The translations under genes were made by a program, and so were the position numbers. DNA of 62,651 bases, the filler included, from Choristocarpus tenellus KU-1152 (Eukaryota; Protista; Phaeophyceae): assembly GCA_964200185.2 (NCBI GenBank). It is 11 parts of 11 records of this genome, joined end to end, with 100 filler letters (N's around TTAATTAATTAA, not from the genome) between each part and the next. Parts side by side here need not be neighbours in the genome. Positions count along the whole stretch, not along the records: positions 26,051 to 28,748 come from CAXNAD020025547.1; positions 28,849 to 31,602 come from CAXNAD020025027.1; positions 31,703 to 35,488 come from CAXNAD020017930.1; positions 35,589 to 50,585 come from CAXNAD020001078.1; 7 more parts are not named here. One strand, given 5' to 3'. Shown here in pieces: positions 27,638-41,700 of the stretch. The notes under the pieces were generated by a model. The model searched no databases, had not been told where the DNA came from, and saw only the letters and a program-made list of their open reading frames with translations. The first letter of the stretch is position 1; each line of letters starts with the position of its first letter.

Positions 27638-29304
27638 GTTTGTTGGAACTCCACTGATGACACATCCTTGCATTTGACCAATGCATTGGGGCGAAGGAGT
27701 TGTTTTTTCATTTATTTTTAATTTCCGCTGCTATCGATCGACATGGTCGATTGATTAAAATTATTTTTATTTATTTTTAATTTGTTTTGCGTTCATGTTA
27801 CGTGTTACATAGATTACATACGATGTAGATGTTAGTGTTGACCATAGCATTATTCTGATAAAATACATACATATATATATATATATATATTCTTCTTACT
27901 GCCTGATGACATCACCTGAAAAGTGTCACCAACATTTAGTTTTGAAAGTGCAAGATGTGTGTGTGTGTGTGATGAAAATATCAACGGCAATGCTTTATTT
28001 GGCATCTCGAACTTTCTAATTTATGTAACAAAACAATAATATATATAGTTGGGAAAAAAGTTGCAGTTTTGATCATGTTTTTTTTTTTAATGTAATTTAT
28101 TTTTTCAAACGAAGGGTAAGGAACAAATTCCGTTAGAGAGAAGAAAAAGGAGATACAAATTCGACCAGTGAAAAACAAGAAATCAAGCTTTTTTTATTTC
28201 TTTGTGGAAAGATTTTTTTGAAACCGGTATTGTTTTTTTCCATTTTAGGCCATCCTCTTTATTTCCGGTAGAGATTCATATTTATTTATTTTTATGTTTA
28301 ATTGATTACAGAACGGGAAACGTTTCTGATTTTTTTGGAAGGGAAGAAAATAAAATGAAAAGTGTAAGTGCCGAGTGTTTAAAGTACTTCAACCAAAAAA
28401 AAAAATGTTGCTCCTGCTATATATATTTTTTATTTTCTTATTTTCTATCATTTAGGTAATATGTATGTACATATTATTGTATTGTATTGTTTACGTATCG
28501 CACAGCACTTCAACCTGGTTTAAAATCAATATATATTTTTTCTTGGCACTTTTTTTCTTGCCTCCTGGCGCCGATGAAATTTCTTGACCTCTGTCGTGGT
28601 TTGAGTTCACTTTTTATTTTTTTAAATAATATTACGTGAGAGACAAGAGAAGAGACTGGCACAGTCTTTGTTTTTTATTCTATAATTTTTTCCAAGTTTT
28701 TTTTTTTTTTTAAATAATATTACGTGAGAGACAAGAGAAGAGACTGGCNNNNNNNNNNNNNNNNNNNNNNNNNNNNNNNNNNNNNNNNNNNNTTAATTAA
28801 TTAANNNNNNNNNNNNNNNNNNNNNNNNNNNNNNNNNNNNNNNNNNNNAGGTCAAAAGGGCCAAGATGGACTCCGACCCCCCCCCTCTCCTCTTACAGAA
28901 GATTGTTTTCACTCCATGCTGTTTATTGGTTTGAGAAAGTTTGGAGGGTTTTGATTGGATGGAAAGTGCACGTGCATACAGCGCCTGACTGAGGTGGTAG
29001 TAGGAAACCCTGCACAATTTGTGAGCATATATATATATATATGCACGGGGTGGTTTTTCTATTTTTTTTGTTAGTGATATGTGTACATACATATTTCTAT
29101 ATATATATTTATATTTTTATTTATTTTTATGAATTGAAGATAAGAAACAGGTTGATTTAGAATTGTTTGTGGCAATTCAGAAGACTATTTGGAAGACTGC
29201 TTGATGGCACTGTGCAGTACTCTGTCACTGTAAAATGCATAGAGACATTTTGAACATATTCTCCCCCCCCCCCCNNNNNNNNNNTTTTTTTGTCTTTTTC
29301 TTTT

Positions 29305-29346
<42 letters not shown>

Positions 29347-29387
29347 CCCCCCCCCCCCCCCCCTCCCTCCCCTCGTGCTTTTTACAG

Positions 29388-30600
29388 GCGAGATATGTTG
29401 AGTGACATGAATGAGATGATGAAGTCCGTAAACATCCCTGAGAAGAAGCAGCAGAGGGTTAGGACATTCTTTGCCAAAACCACGGCATCGGAGAGTAAAT
29501 CTATCTCTCACTATGAGGATAGTCTTCGAAGGTGATGTATTAAGATGCACTGTTACTGTTAAGATTAACTATTGTGATGCACCTATTAAGATAACCTACA
29601 TGATGCAGTATTAAGATTAACTATTGTGATGCACCTATTAAGACAACCTACATGATGCAGTATTAAGATTAACTATTGTGATGCACCTATTAAGACAACC
29701 TACATGATGCAGTATTAAGATTAACTATTGTGATGCACCTATTAAGATAACCTACATGATGCAGTATTAAGATTTTGCTATTATGATGCACTGTTCAACC
29801 CAGGGACAGGTCCCCTCACAATATGGCAACCCCATTTAACTATTGTGATGCACCTATTAAGATAACCTACATGATGCAGTATTAAGATTTTGCTATTATT
29901 ATGATGCACTGTTAAGATAAACTATGGAGGTGCACTTTTGAAATTAACTGTAAGATGCTGTATTAAAGCATGGTATTGACACAAGTCACTCCTTTTTTTT
30001 GTTGGGGTTAGACAGTTACAGATAGTTTCTTTTTTTGTTTCTATGAGGGTCGTCAGATGTCATCGCCGTAGCCTCTCCTCTGCCTTCCTACTCTTTAGGA
30101 ATAGTGTATTGTTTCTGGGAGAGGGTGGGTGCTGACTGATGCCTCTCTCTCTCTTTTATTGATGGGGGTGAAGACATGCCTGTCTAAAATGTTAGGGTAG
30201 TTTGTAGGTCGTGGTGTTTGGTTGGTGATTCAGGTGACAGTGGTGCACTTGAGAGGCTTACTCCTTTAGTTTTGTACAGTTGATGGATGGCGAAAGGGTG
30301 TACATTAAAAAAAACAAACACACACACGTATTTGTATATATATATACATACATGTTAAAATTTTGATATTTTTTAGCGGTTGAATATGTTCATTTTTTTT
30401 TGGTAAATGTACATAGTGTGTCTATTTGGTGTGTATGTTTTATTTTTTCATTATGTTTTGTGTTGTGTGGGATAGGGTTTTTACCTCTTTTGATATTCTT
30501 TTTTTTTTTAATAGTTTTTTCTTTTTTTTTACTGTTCCTGATGGGGGGATGCAGATCAGGATCATTGGCGAGTCCGTTTCTCTCAAACCAACCCCGCTAA
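29388..30600 (+). CDS. 3' end of a host gene; exons 29388-29531 and 30555-30600; segment resembles the C-linker of CNG/KCNH-type channels
   Basis: Strong polypyrimidine acceptor; RDMLSDMNEMMKSVNIPEKKQQRVRTFFAKTTASESKSISHYEDSLRR joins in phase to SGSLASPFLSNQPR*. The family assignment rests on a short resemblance only. Confidence 0.5.
29558..29925. repeat. Intronic minisatellite, 52-bp unit, 4 tandem copies plus an interrupted further copy
   Basis: aagattaactattgtgatgcacctattaagataacctacatgatgcagtatt starts at 29561, 29613, 29665 and 29717, and resumes near 29836. Confidence 0.95.
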
Positions 30601-31919
30601 CCGCAGTCCCTCTTGTTGGATGTTGGATGTTGGAAGTTGGATGTTGGATGTTTAATGTTTGATGTTTGATGTTGGATGTTTTGAGTCTGTGGCAAACAGT
30701 TGTTTTGAGTTGGTCAGACGGGAAGTTTAGTGAAGAGTGCTGATTGGTCAGGTTGGTGCATGGTGTGCTTCCTGCCTTTTTTTATTGTTCAGCTACCTCT
30801 TCCCCCACCCCTCTTGTTGGAGGCTCTCATTGGCTGTGTTAGGCTGTTGTTGTTTTTTTATTGGCCAAAAGTGAATTGTTCCTCTTGATATCTTGCCAGC
30901 ATATGTGGCATAGAGATGTGTAAAATGGGATAGGGTCATGTGTATTTGAAATGTTAATCCCTCCCTCCCTTCTATATAACCCCCCCTCCCCCCGTCTGAA
31001 TGGTTTTTGAAATAGTGATTTATTTGTTTATTTTTCTAGTGGAGTTTGGAGGCGAACATGTATCAGTAAAAAAAAAGTATGTGCAAAATGTGAGGATGAT
31101 GTGATGTAGATGTGATGAAATGGATTGGAGGACCTCTCCGTGGCTAAAGAGGCGTATCGACATTGCTGCTCTCTGGTCCTTCAGTAAGTCCCTTTGAAAG
31201 GAGGGGCAAATGCATTTTCAAGTAACTGAGTCGGTAATAGGAGTAAGCAAGAGTATTTCAGAGTAGTACTTGAAGGATGTAAAAAATAAAAATATATATT
31301 TATTTTGCTTACAACCGTGTACAAAACTCGTTTTAAAAAATAAATAAATATATATATATATGTATGTATTTTATTTTGTTTTTGAAATATGTGTACAGGG
31401 GGAATATATTTTTCTGTTTTTTTTTTTCTTTTTTCAAACATTGGAAGAAATAAAAGCTGCCGAGTCAAAAGAGTTGGAAATTCATCCGCAGATATGTTAA
31501 TTGAATTGCCATATAGATTAAAACAAAAGAGGTTAAAAAGTGGGCGAATGGGTAAAACCTGGGTAGGGTACCTCTCACATCTTGTTTGGTTTGGCTCAGG
31601 GGNNNNNNNNNNNNNNNNNNNNNNNNNNNNNNNNNNNNNNNNNNNNTTAATTAATTAANNNNNNNNNNNNNNNNNNNNNNNNNNNNNNNNNNNNNNNNNN
31701 NNGGGTGGGGTGGAGGGGGGTTGCATCTCAGCAAAAACAAAGAGCACAGGAGTGTGTATGTTGCCTCCAGCAAATAAGTATCAAGTGCTGCATCAAAAGG
31801 TTACGGCTATAGTACATGGTACAGTCTTAGTCTACCCCTTTTCTGAATGGTTCACATAAACGAACAAACGCAATTACACACTAGCAAAACTAAGTACCAC
31901 ACCACATCACGCCACACAC

Positions 31920-33507
31920 CTCTGAATAAGTGTCAGCGCACTGACCCCCATCCCAACAACAATGCCAGCTCTCACACTGAGCACGAGGGTAACTGAAAAT
32001 GTAGCCAGCCACATGAGGAGATCAGGGGTGCTGATGTGGTACAGTCGCCAGGGCTCCCTGAAGTCTAAAAATTTCCAGATGACTGCAAAGATTGACGCTG
32101 CCAGCACACTGATGGGTAAGTACTAATAAAACAAATTGGGGGGGGGAGGGGGGGGGGATATGGGCAGGATAGGGTTGAAGCAGAGAGGAGGGCATTGGCA
32201 CATGGTGTTTTTTTGTGTATTGTATTGCAGTTGAAGATAGTTTTAGTCTAGAAATGAGTCTATTGTGCTCACAAGCCAAAGACTGATACCAGTTATCGAT
32301 ACCTCCTCTCACCTCCAGCACCGGACTTATGTAGAGCAGCACCATGGTCATCAGGGCAAACGTGAACACATTGTGGAGAACCGTACGGGCATCCAGCGCA
32401 TCAATGATGGCCGCTGCATTCCACCAATCAGCAATAAACAGAAGTCCCGTCGACCCAATCCAAGAGAAGAATTAGATGAACACACACACACACACACACA
32501 CACAGGTAGGGGCATTCTTAGCTGCATCTCAATGACTGACTAGCAGACACATCATTCAAAACACCTCAGCTCGGTGTGAACTATCGTTTTACTTACTATG
32601 TGCAACAAATCATTTTTTTTTTTTTTACATTTTCGGGTGGAAGTTTTAAACTCGGGCTAATTATTCCATAATAGCATTTTATTCTCTCTTTTTGTTCCAT
32701 CCCTGTAATGTTACATCGTATTTGTGAACCATCTGTTTGAGAAGAAAAAAGTTTGTTGCGTGTTACACTTACCTTTGGTTCCCAAATACTTTCATCCCAT
32801 TCCAGGCACTAGATACTTACAATGTACCACCTGCTCCAAATTACATGGAATACTTCCCCATATTTCATTCCATTCCCCCGTCTACCAAGAGAGCAGTACG
32901 ACACTCCCAAGAGCGGAACAAGCCTTCCAAGGTGTGCATAATTGAGGCATCTGACAGGCACCTGGATGTCCTCTTGCAAGTTGGTTCAAATGCAAGGCGC
33001 ACAAAAGAACAGACTTCGAAGGAAGTACTCTCCAGAGGCATCCATCCGGCATACTTCCCCCTCTGCCCGATGGCATAGGGGACAGGCAACTGGAGTACAA
33101 ATAAAACATAATAAAATATGTGTCATTCCCATTAAAAAAAAAAGGCCAGGCAGTGGAAACAACTTCTCCTTTTTTGCAGTCCATGACTGGTCCAACATAG
33201 ATCGAAGGAGGGGCAAACAGAGCCCCCAAAATTTAAACCCGAAATTTAAATGTCCCATTGAGACGCCTTCCTCCATCTACAGGGGCCAGCCATCCTTGGA
33301 AGCCATACCCGAGACAACAAACTACTACACAGTCGGTTGGGGGAAAATGAATAGCAAAAACTTAGCTGTCCAATCGCAGCTAAGTTGAAATGGAAGTTCC
33401 AACCCAGGGTAAACATCAAGTCAAGAAGTTGTTTTGGCAGCAAAACAAAAAAAAGGAAATCACAATACTCTGCAGGAGCACTAAAACGTGACAGTGGATG
33501 TGGGTGT

Positions 33508-33544
<37 letters not shown>

Positions 33545-35488
33545 GGGTGCCGTGAGGGAATGGAATTGTGGCTTGGAGAAAGTAAAGATTGTGGTCAGCT
33601 TGTAGGGGCCTTCGAGGAAGAGCCCCGAGGACAACAGCACCTCGCCTGCGGTTGTGATTGATGCGCATGGAGTTCCGCCATCCAATATTTACGAAAAGCC
33701 TTGAAGAGGCATTCTTTTCCTAGGTCCTGCCTGATCCTCTTCAAGTCTGTAGCACTTTCAACAACAAGCAAGCTAAGACTACACGTGTGATAGGAAGTGA
33801 TAGGAGGTGCCATAAAAAAAAGACCCTGGAGCTACCCTGGTAGCGACCCGAGGAACCACAACCTGCATCGAAAAACCAAGGCATCATCATCAATCTATTC
33901 AAACATGCACCCTCAGTCACTAATACACACACGTTACAAAAATACACTGACAGAATCAGTTTTCACCCGACTCAACACGAACAGACTGACCCTGAGAAAC
34001 ACAACACGAATGCCCAGTTCCTAGGGGTGGACAAAACTCAACTGCCAATGAATGTAGTGAGATCATGATCAAGAGGAACACTGTACATCACGACAGGGAG
34101 GGTCCTCTCCCCAAACCACATCTCAGCTGGCTTCAGGGCGTGTCGAATATCAGAAGTCTGACACTCTATAATATCGCTAGGAATGTTTTTCTCCAAAGCA
34201 ATATGTTTTGAATCAAGGAAAGTTTGCATAGGAGTTTTACCATAACAATGCTTTCCTGAATGCGTTCTTTGAGTATTGTATTTATTCATCCACAAATCAA
34301 CATCAATTTGCAGCTCTTCAACCGAATTATATATATATTTTTTACGGAATGCTATATCATAAAATTCTTGTTTGGCTATATAGTGCTATATTCCTTGGGA
34401 ATATTCCTCGCGAATCCTGACATTCGCTACGATACCGGAGAGAGCCATGTGCCTCCTAAGGGATAATCTCAAACAACTTTGATACATACTCGGCGCACAT
34501 TTTTTTTTTTTCAGTTCCATTCCAATAATAACTAACTCATCCGTTAAAAAATCGTTACCTCCAGTACTGGGACAATTAATAAAAAAAAGGTGTTCGGTAA
34601 TAAAAAAATGAATAGCACGATAATATTTATTTCTTCATTTTTTTTTTTATCACTTTTCATTTCAATCAATGTATTTCTCATAATCACCTACCTCAAAGAG
34701 TCCTTCAAAAATTGGCGTAAATGATAAAATGAAAAAAAGTAGAGAATCGGATCAGTGTCCATGTGGCTTGCATTGTACCCCCCCTCAAAAAAAGAGGGCC
34801 CCCCTGTTTCGAATGCTGCTTTTGCTACTACCTATACCATGACCATTCCTGACAATATCTGTTTCGAATGCTGCTTTTGCTACTACCTATACCATGACCA
34901 TTCCTGACAATATTTGTTTCGAATGGTGATTGCTAATATACCTATACCATGACCATTCCCGACACAAATTTGTACTGAAAAAAAAAATGGCACGAAAAAC
35001 TGAGAACTCACCCCTACTTAGGGATGCACAGCATGGGAGACACTTGAAGAACGAACCCACTAAATTCGCAAAGCCAAATGCCACCAGCTGCCGGGTGGGC
35101 TTGATCTGCAAGCGCACAGGGATAAAAACACAGGAGGTCAATCATGCAACCCAGGGGAGAAGATGGGGGCGGGGGCGGGGAGTGGTGAGTCTGTCAAAGA
35201 AAGGTTCCACTCTAGGTGAAAGATTGCATGAGGAGCATGATGCATTCTTTTGCCCTGATATATATATATATAGAGAGAGAGAGAGTAGAACATAACCACG
35301 CCAGATTTCCAGACAATCTCCCCATGATCTCCCCCCCCTGCTTGACACCCTTAACCAAGCTCATTGAGGCGTACTGCAAAAATGCCTGACCTCCTTGGCC
35401 CCAGCTAGGCTCTTTGCAATGGACATGGTGATAATGAAGGACACGATGGCCGCTGTGAGGGCAACGCCTGCCATGTCCATCATATACA
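31920..35488 (-). CDS. SLC26/SulP family anion (sulfate/bicarbonate) transporter, partial; exons ~35391-35488, 35012-35105, 32313-32413, 31920-32122
   Basis: Phase-consistent splice gives ...AAIVSFIITMSIAKSLAGAKEIKPTRQLVAFGFANLVGSFFKCLPCCASLSRAAIIDALDARTVLHNVFTFALMTMVLLYISPVLEYLPISVLAASIFAVIWKFLDF...DLLMWLATFSVTLVLSVRAGIVVGMGVSALTLIQR, typical of SulP TM8-14. Confidence 0.92.
34804..34965. repeat. Tandem repeat, ~55-bp unit, about 3 copies (intronic)
   Basis: tgtttcgaatgctgcttttgctactacctataccatgaccattcctgacaatat starts at 34805 and 34860, with a diverged copy at 34915. Confidence 0.9.
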
Positions 35489-35705
35489 NNNNNNNNNNNN
35501 NNNNNNNNNNNNNNNNNNNNNNNNNNNNNNNNTTAATTAATTAANNNNNNNNNNNNNNNNNNNNNNNNNNNNNNNNNNNNNNNNNNNNCCCCCCACAGAT
35601 ACTTTGAGCCTTCACGCATGTTCCATTATCGCCACCATTCGTAGTTCTGCCCTCCATTGTCTTTCTTTAAATATTTTGCAAGATCTCCCTTTGCCTTATA
35701 CTCAC

Positions 35706-38700
35706 CTTCAATTGAGTTGAAGTCTTGATAGTCATGTTCAAGTTGCTGGGTTCAGCTTGGAAAAACATCTTGTAACCTTTTCCCCGTGTGCGAACAAATA
35801 GATCACGAAAGTATGCCCAGCCCCCAAAGGATGTCGCCCGAGTTGTGCCTATAAGATAACCTCCAGTGGGATTCAAGTGAACATCTGCAGCAAGGACTGG
35901 GGAGCTGCTCAAACGCTTTATTGAGCTGCCATTTCGGAGGATAAATGATGTTGTTGAATCTCGCCAATCCTATTGTACATTGGGGGTAGGCAGGTGAGGG
36001 GAGAGGCGTAGGGTGGCAAGAACGGGAGATGTGTTTCTCAGGAATGTTCTAGGCTAGTCAGGATATGTTTGGGACCTTACTGCTGCACTGTATGCCGTTG
36101 CTGCCTGCGCGCTCCTGTTGCATGGTGGTTACAAGTTGAATATTGGCTTGATTGTCATGCATCGAGGTACCAAATTCATGAGAATAACTTCATCCTGTTA
36201 CATGTACCTTGGTCATGCCTTTTTTCACACTGAAGAGATTCGCAATATCTCTATATCTGTACACAGGCATCGTTTCTCCTGTCTGAAGCTACTGGTGCTA
36301 AAGGGCTCTATCAATACGGACTGATATTAATGCACTTTTTGGGGTGTGTGAGTAGACTGGCATACTTTCTGCAATCCCACTAGATGCCTATATCTTCTTA
36401 TGATGAGAGATGAGGATACATTGTGTGGATCCACACTCTATTGAGAGGGCCAAAATATCTCTGGGTACTCCCTAAATTTATAACTCTTCCCTGCAGGTGC
36501 TGCTTACCTCATTATTTCCCCAATAGTCCAGGTCTGTGGCACTATCCCCTGTGACAACTGTGTATTCAAAGATGACTACTGTCCGATTTCTGTCATCTGA
36601 TGTAGCATCCATTGAAGAGGAAGAGGAAGAGGAAGAGGAAGAGAAAGAATAGGAGGAGGTGGACGAGTTGACCCACACAGCCTCCCTGTCAATTGTGCCC
36701 GTTTCTAGAAGGAGGGAGGGTGATCCTGTCACAACCACTGGTGCTGTGAAAAGAACAAAGATCTACAGTCACAATCGATATGGGGAAGGATAGCAAAGTA
36801 ATGGTCATGCAAAACGCAGAATTGCAAGTGGGGGTATAAGTTGAATGTGCCTAAATGAGCACTTAGTGTGGAGCCAAAGTATATTAGAGGGTAGAGCTGC
36901 GTCCATTTGGGGGGCCAAAGGTCAATGTTACTATTTTAATGTTATTTTGGCTATCGTGTTGGTTAGGAAGTGTCAATATCCTTATTCTGGACACACGTTT
37001 CATAACGTATACATTTTAACTACTCCTAAACTTTTGAAGTGGGAAAATATCATAAAATAACCCATGGGAAGCCAAGCCCCAAATGGACAAACAGGGCAAG
37101 ACTCATACCCTCTAAGATACTTTCACTCTGTGTGCATGTCATAGTGTTCAGAGATGTGTCTCATCCTGTAGATCCCACAGTTTTCAATCATTTTAGTTGA
37201 TTGCCTGACCCATTCATCCACTCAAGCTGCAATAGTATACTTCAGAGCGAAATAAGCAATATCCCTGAACACATACACTACCTAGTAACCCATGAGATAC
37301 CTGAATCGTGTCACCCCCAGCATAGGTGGCATTACTGTCCCCCCCAAAGCTGAGGGCAGCAATATGAGGCTGCACTCCATCAAGACGAATATTGGAATTA
37401 AAGGATAGACTTCCGTCTTCACCAGGGTAGAAAGGAAGAACCTACAAGAAATTCGACATAAAGAGGGAAGAACACAGCAAGGAAATGTGGTCATATCCAT
37501 GACCTTGAGGGGCAGGCCTGCCTAGAACGGTTGGTAGGTGAAGAGGAGTCTCTGGCAACAAGGAAAAGGTGCTTAATATCACATAAGCAAGTAGAGGCAA
37601 CACCAGTGAGTGTGATCATGGAGCTTTATGCTCTGTGTGTCATTAGGGGATTTGTCGTTTTTTCTGAATTTATCGCTGCACATGACATATATATCACCTA
37701 GGAGTCAAGTATTTGAAGGATGAATAACAAGTTAAGCCAACTAAGAGGGGAATTGATTTTGCCTCTTTGGATTTCAAGGGCTTCTCGGACATCACATAAC
37801 ATAACATACATCATGCCCATGCCTGAAATATCGTAAACCCCTCTGAGAGGTAATTAATGAGAACACTTGGTGTGAACACATTGGTAGCTGAATATGCCCT
37901 CCACAGTTCTTGAACCACTTCATCAGGACCCTTATAATTCATGCCCCACTCTTGGATGGTATTACTCGATGTTAACCCAAATTTCTAATGTATCAAATTC
38001 TAAAATGTTGCAGTCCCCTGCCTCAAACGACAGCACACTCTAGGCTTTAATTTTCCTAATTGTGCTCACCCTGTCTGCAGGAACCGATGGATTGGAGGAC
38101 GCCTGTGCCACTAATGAGTCAAGCATTGCCTCATATCTGCGTGTACTCCATCTCTCATTGACACCAAAATCAATGGCATGTCGATCAGAAAGAGACAGGT
38201 CCGAAGTAAGGTCACCCTTCACCACGGTATACTGAAAGTTTAGTGTCTTTCCCAAATTTTTAAGAGATAGCAGAACCAGCAAAAGCAGGAGGGGACCAAG
38301 TTACATAAAAAATAGATTTAGGTCAGTCAAACGCCGTTCGGTTGGTCGAGACAACTCTAGGAGAGCTAGGAGGGATGGGAGAGGGTGATAATACTGGGTC
38401 GGATATGCAAAAATCTTCATATCTGGCAATACCTAGCCCGAAATGATATAGGCAAGCAGGATATTTGGATGGTGGATGTGACAAATATTTTCTGCCTCTC
38501 TTCAAGAATGGAATTCAGGAATCATATTTTATTCTATCCAATGCTTTGGCACAACGATTTCTCCATTGGCCAAATATCCTAACGACAAGTGTTTGAGGTT
38601 TTAAAAGAGGAAACAAAGCTACTGTCCACCGTTCACATGTATCGCACTTTCACAGTGCATGCCATTTTTTTAATTTTGGCATATTGAGGAAAACAAGATT

Positions 38701-41700
38701 GAGAGCGATAGTGTGTTGTTCTAGAGTTACCCTATGTTCTCTGAGAAAAATAACTGCAACTCTCCTCTTGAACATGCCCCTACCCAAGAAAAAAGTATCC
38801 TAGTGCACCATTGATCAGAGTTGAACCTCGACCCCACCTTGTTTCCACTTCCGCCAATGTACGTTGCCCTGGCTGGCTCCATACCCCCTGTGCTGAGATA
38901 GAGTATGGGTTTTCCCACCACCATGACATGTCGATTGTACATGACGGAGATGGTGATAACGTCACCAGGGGAGTAAGTACCGTCTCCATCCGGGCTTGTC
39001 ACATTGACAACCTTGTGGTAGTTTTTGATGAAGCAAGAGGTTGAAGGTTATTGATCGGGAAGAGACTATTTTCTTGCATGCCGGAACGTCATATATCAAT
39101 TTTTAAAATACTCCATAATGTCAAGAACAAGAAAATAGGAGTTTGTCAAAAAAAAAGCTGGCATATGAGCACACTGATTATCATAGGCATTCAACATCTG
39201 GTTCCTCAAGAAACTTGACGATAAAATACTTTTTGGATATCATGCAGTCGCACCCTACACATACTTTTCCGTCTCCTTCATTCTAGTTACCAAATCCGGA
39301 TCGACCACATGTTGTTTGATACAAATTCAACAGAGGTATCAGGCAACTTACTTTTCCCATATGACTGGCAGATGCTCAGGCACAATCTACATATATTTAT
39401 CACTAACCCCCTATGCCAGTCATGACTTTAGTACCAGAGCACCCCTACAAAGATCACCTTCATGCGTTCCATAGGAAATGTTTGTATCCTCTTTGATACC
39501 GATTTCACCATTCACCGAGAAATGCTTACCTTGGGTTTTGCTGTGGTGTTTATGCAAATTGTTGCCCCATCTCGAGCAAGGGGTAAAGGATTGGGTAGAG
39601 TTGCGTTCACTAGAGTAGTGGGATATGTTGATTCCATCATGATCTTGTCCTCACTGCCATCGTCCTGATTGGCATCTAGTGCATTCACTCCTTCCCATGT
39701 TAGATTGGCACTTTGATCTCCATCCTCTACTGTGTACACAAAATACACCTGTCCAAATATGTATGTATGTGGGTGAGGGAAGGGCAGGTACTCCGTATAA
39801 AGATCTAAATAGACTATTCCAAGCACTGGGAAACGCCCTACCTGATACAACAATACATGCACATTGCCATGTCTTCTGTATGTAAACATATATACTGGCA
39901 GAATTTCTGGAGATATCAAGTCTGTTCATTTGGAGATACATGATACTACAGATAGCCATGTTGATCTCCCAATCAAGATATTCCAAGGGTTGCCCATGTC
40001 TGGAATTCACACCTCTTTCCTGTCAGTAGATGTATTACTGTGGAGAGCATAAGAACCGGTATCTAGTAAAAGACGGGGGCTGCCCTTTACGATGACTGCA
40101 CGGTCAAACTGTACACGAACCTCTATCTGCTCCGTCACCAAATATTGAATTTATCACATGCAGTACAGGGATCAGAGGGGGTTAACTTGGTGTGAGAGAA
40201 CTACTAGTTGGTGCTCCATCTAGATCCAGTATAGTTATTAAACCTGTAGTACACGATGCCACCTTCAGTCACAACTGACAGGGCAGATGATGTCATTCTC
40301 ATAGATAGGCATATTCCAATCTTCAGGTTATTCATTCTCAAGCTACACATACTAAGATGTGTCTTACTAATGTTCTATTCTAGCTAGTAGGCCCACACAC
40401 ATCACATTAACAAATCTGACAATAGTATACATATATATATATATATATATATATCTTCACCTCCTCGCCGACTGTGTATTCACCATCCCATGGTGATGTA
40501 GGCTTGAGGCTGTACAGGCCCACTACGACAGGAGGTGTTGAATCGATCTTAATGCCAGCTGCTGATAGATTGAGCGAGCCAAGCTAAGGGTCCACAAAAG
40601 GCATTGTTGAGGGATGAGAACTTGAGGTTGTTCGTTGCACTGACAGCACTCACAGTTGGCAATATGTTTCTACAAACAGGAAAATTATAATAGGCATTGC
40701 TCTTTGAAAAACTACTTTAGAGCATCCCTCTACAGGGAACAGAATCTCATTATCACCCTATCTCTCCAGCTTCAGATGTCTTATCAGCATGTTCTACTAG
40801 TCTTAGCTCTTTATACCAAGAAAAAACAATCCTACTTCGATCAGTATTCCTCGTTTGCCCCTGTTCCAAGGCTATACCCCTTTGCACTTCAAATTACCCT
40901 TTGGCATCTTGTAATCGTTCTGTCTTTGTCCCCCGCACTTGAACTTCTACCCCTCCTGCCACTCTACAAGTGATCTTTCTGCTACAGTATACTTCAGCAT
41001 AGCTTACCAACAAGGAACACAACTGTTGCACACATCGCAACCAACTCTATTTCAAAGGACAAAATGTGCTTTTTAGTCCACCTCCTGACTTGATAATCCG
41101 CCTACACGAGGAAATCAAGGTAGTAGGAAAGAATAGTGTGGGGTCACCTGCATGTCTGCAGGAGCCCCGTTCCTGTTCAGTGCTGAACACTCCGCCGTAC
41201 AATTAAAAGCCAAGGATATGTTTGTATTATCTGATGATGGCACCCCAGAAACGTCCAAGGACACCCCTGATGAGAGTAAGGAGTCATTAGCAGAGATGAG
41301 ATAAGAGAATACCCAGTCCTTGGAGCCCGTCCCATGTGAGAGCTTAGCAAGACCACCAGTAGAGAGTTGAAGTGAAGGGGGCTTGGTGTTGGCGCCATCC
41401 AGAAAAAGGAGGAGCTCGTCAGAGAATGATACTGTTATGTCAATTACCTGTTAATGTTCCATGCACATCGAGTGTGAGCAGAGGCTTGAGCAAAGCTGCA
41501 ATGTGTTGCTTGCGAGGCAAAAGATTTGATTATCTAGCATGCAAACTTCATTCATATTTTGAAGTTCTATCTGTTGGTGCAGTGTCAATGCATTAGAAAC
41601 TTAATCCTATATGTAGATGAAGGGATTGATGGATGGATGGATGGAGGAACTGGAAGAAATTTGAAGGGGGTGATATTACCTTCTTTGTCTCTGGCATAGG

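Noticed and set aside
28623-28748. 38-bp direct repeat at contig end
   Set aside because: Adjacent to poly-T and a gap; likely an assembly artefact or trivial local duplication.
29558-29925. Repeat array resembling CRISPR
   Set aside because: Head-to-tail near-identical units without variable spacers, inside an intron.
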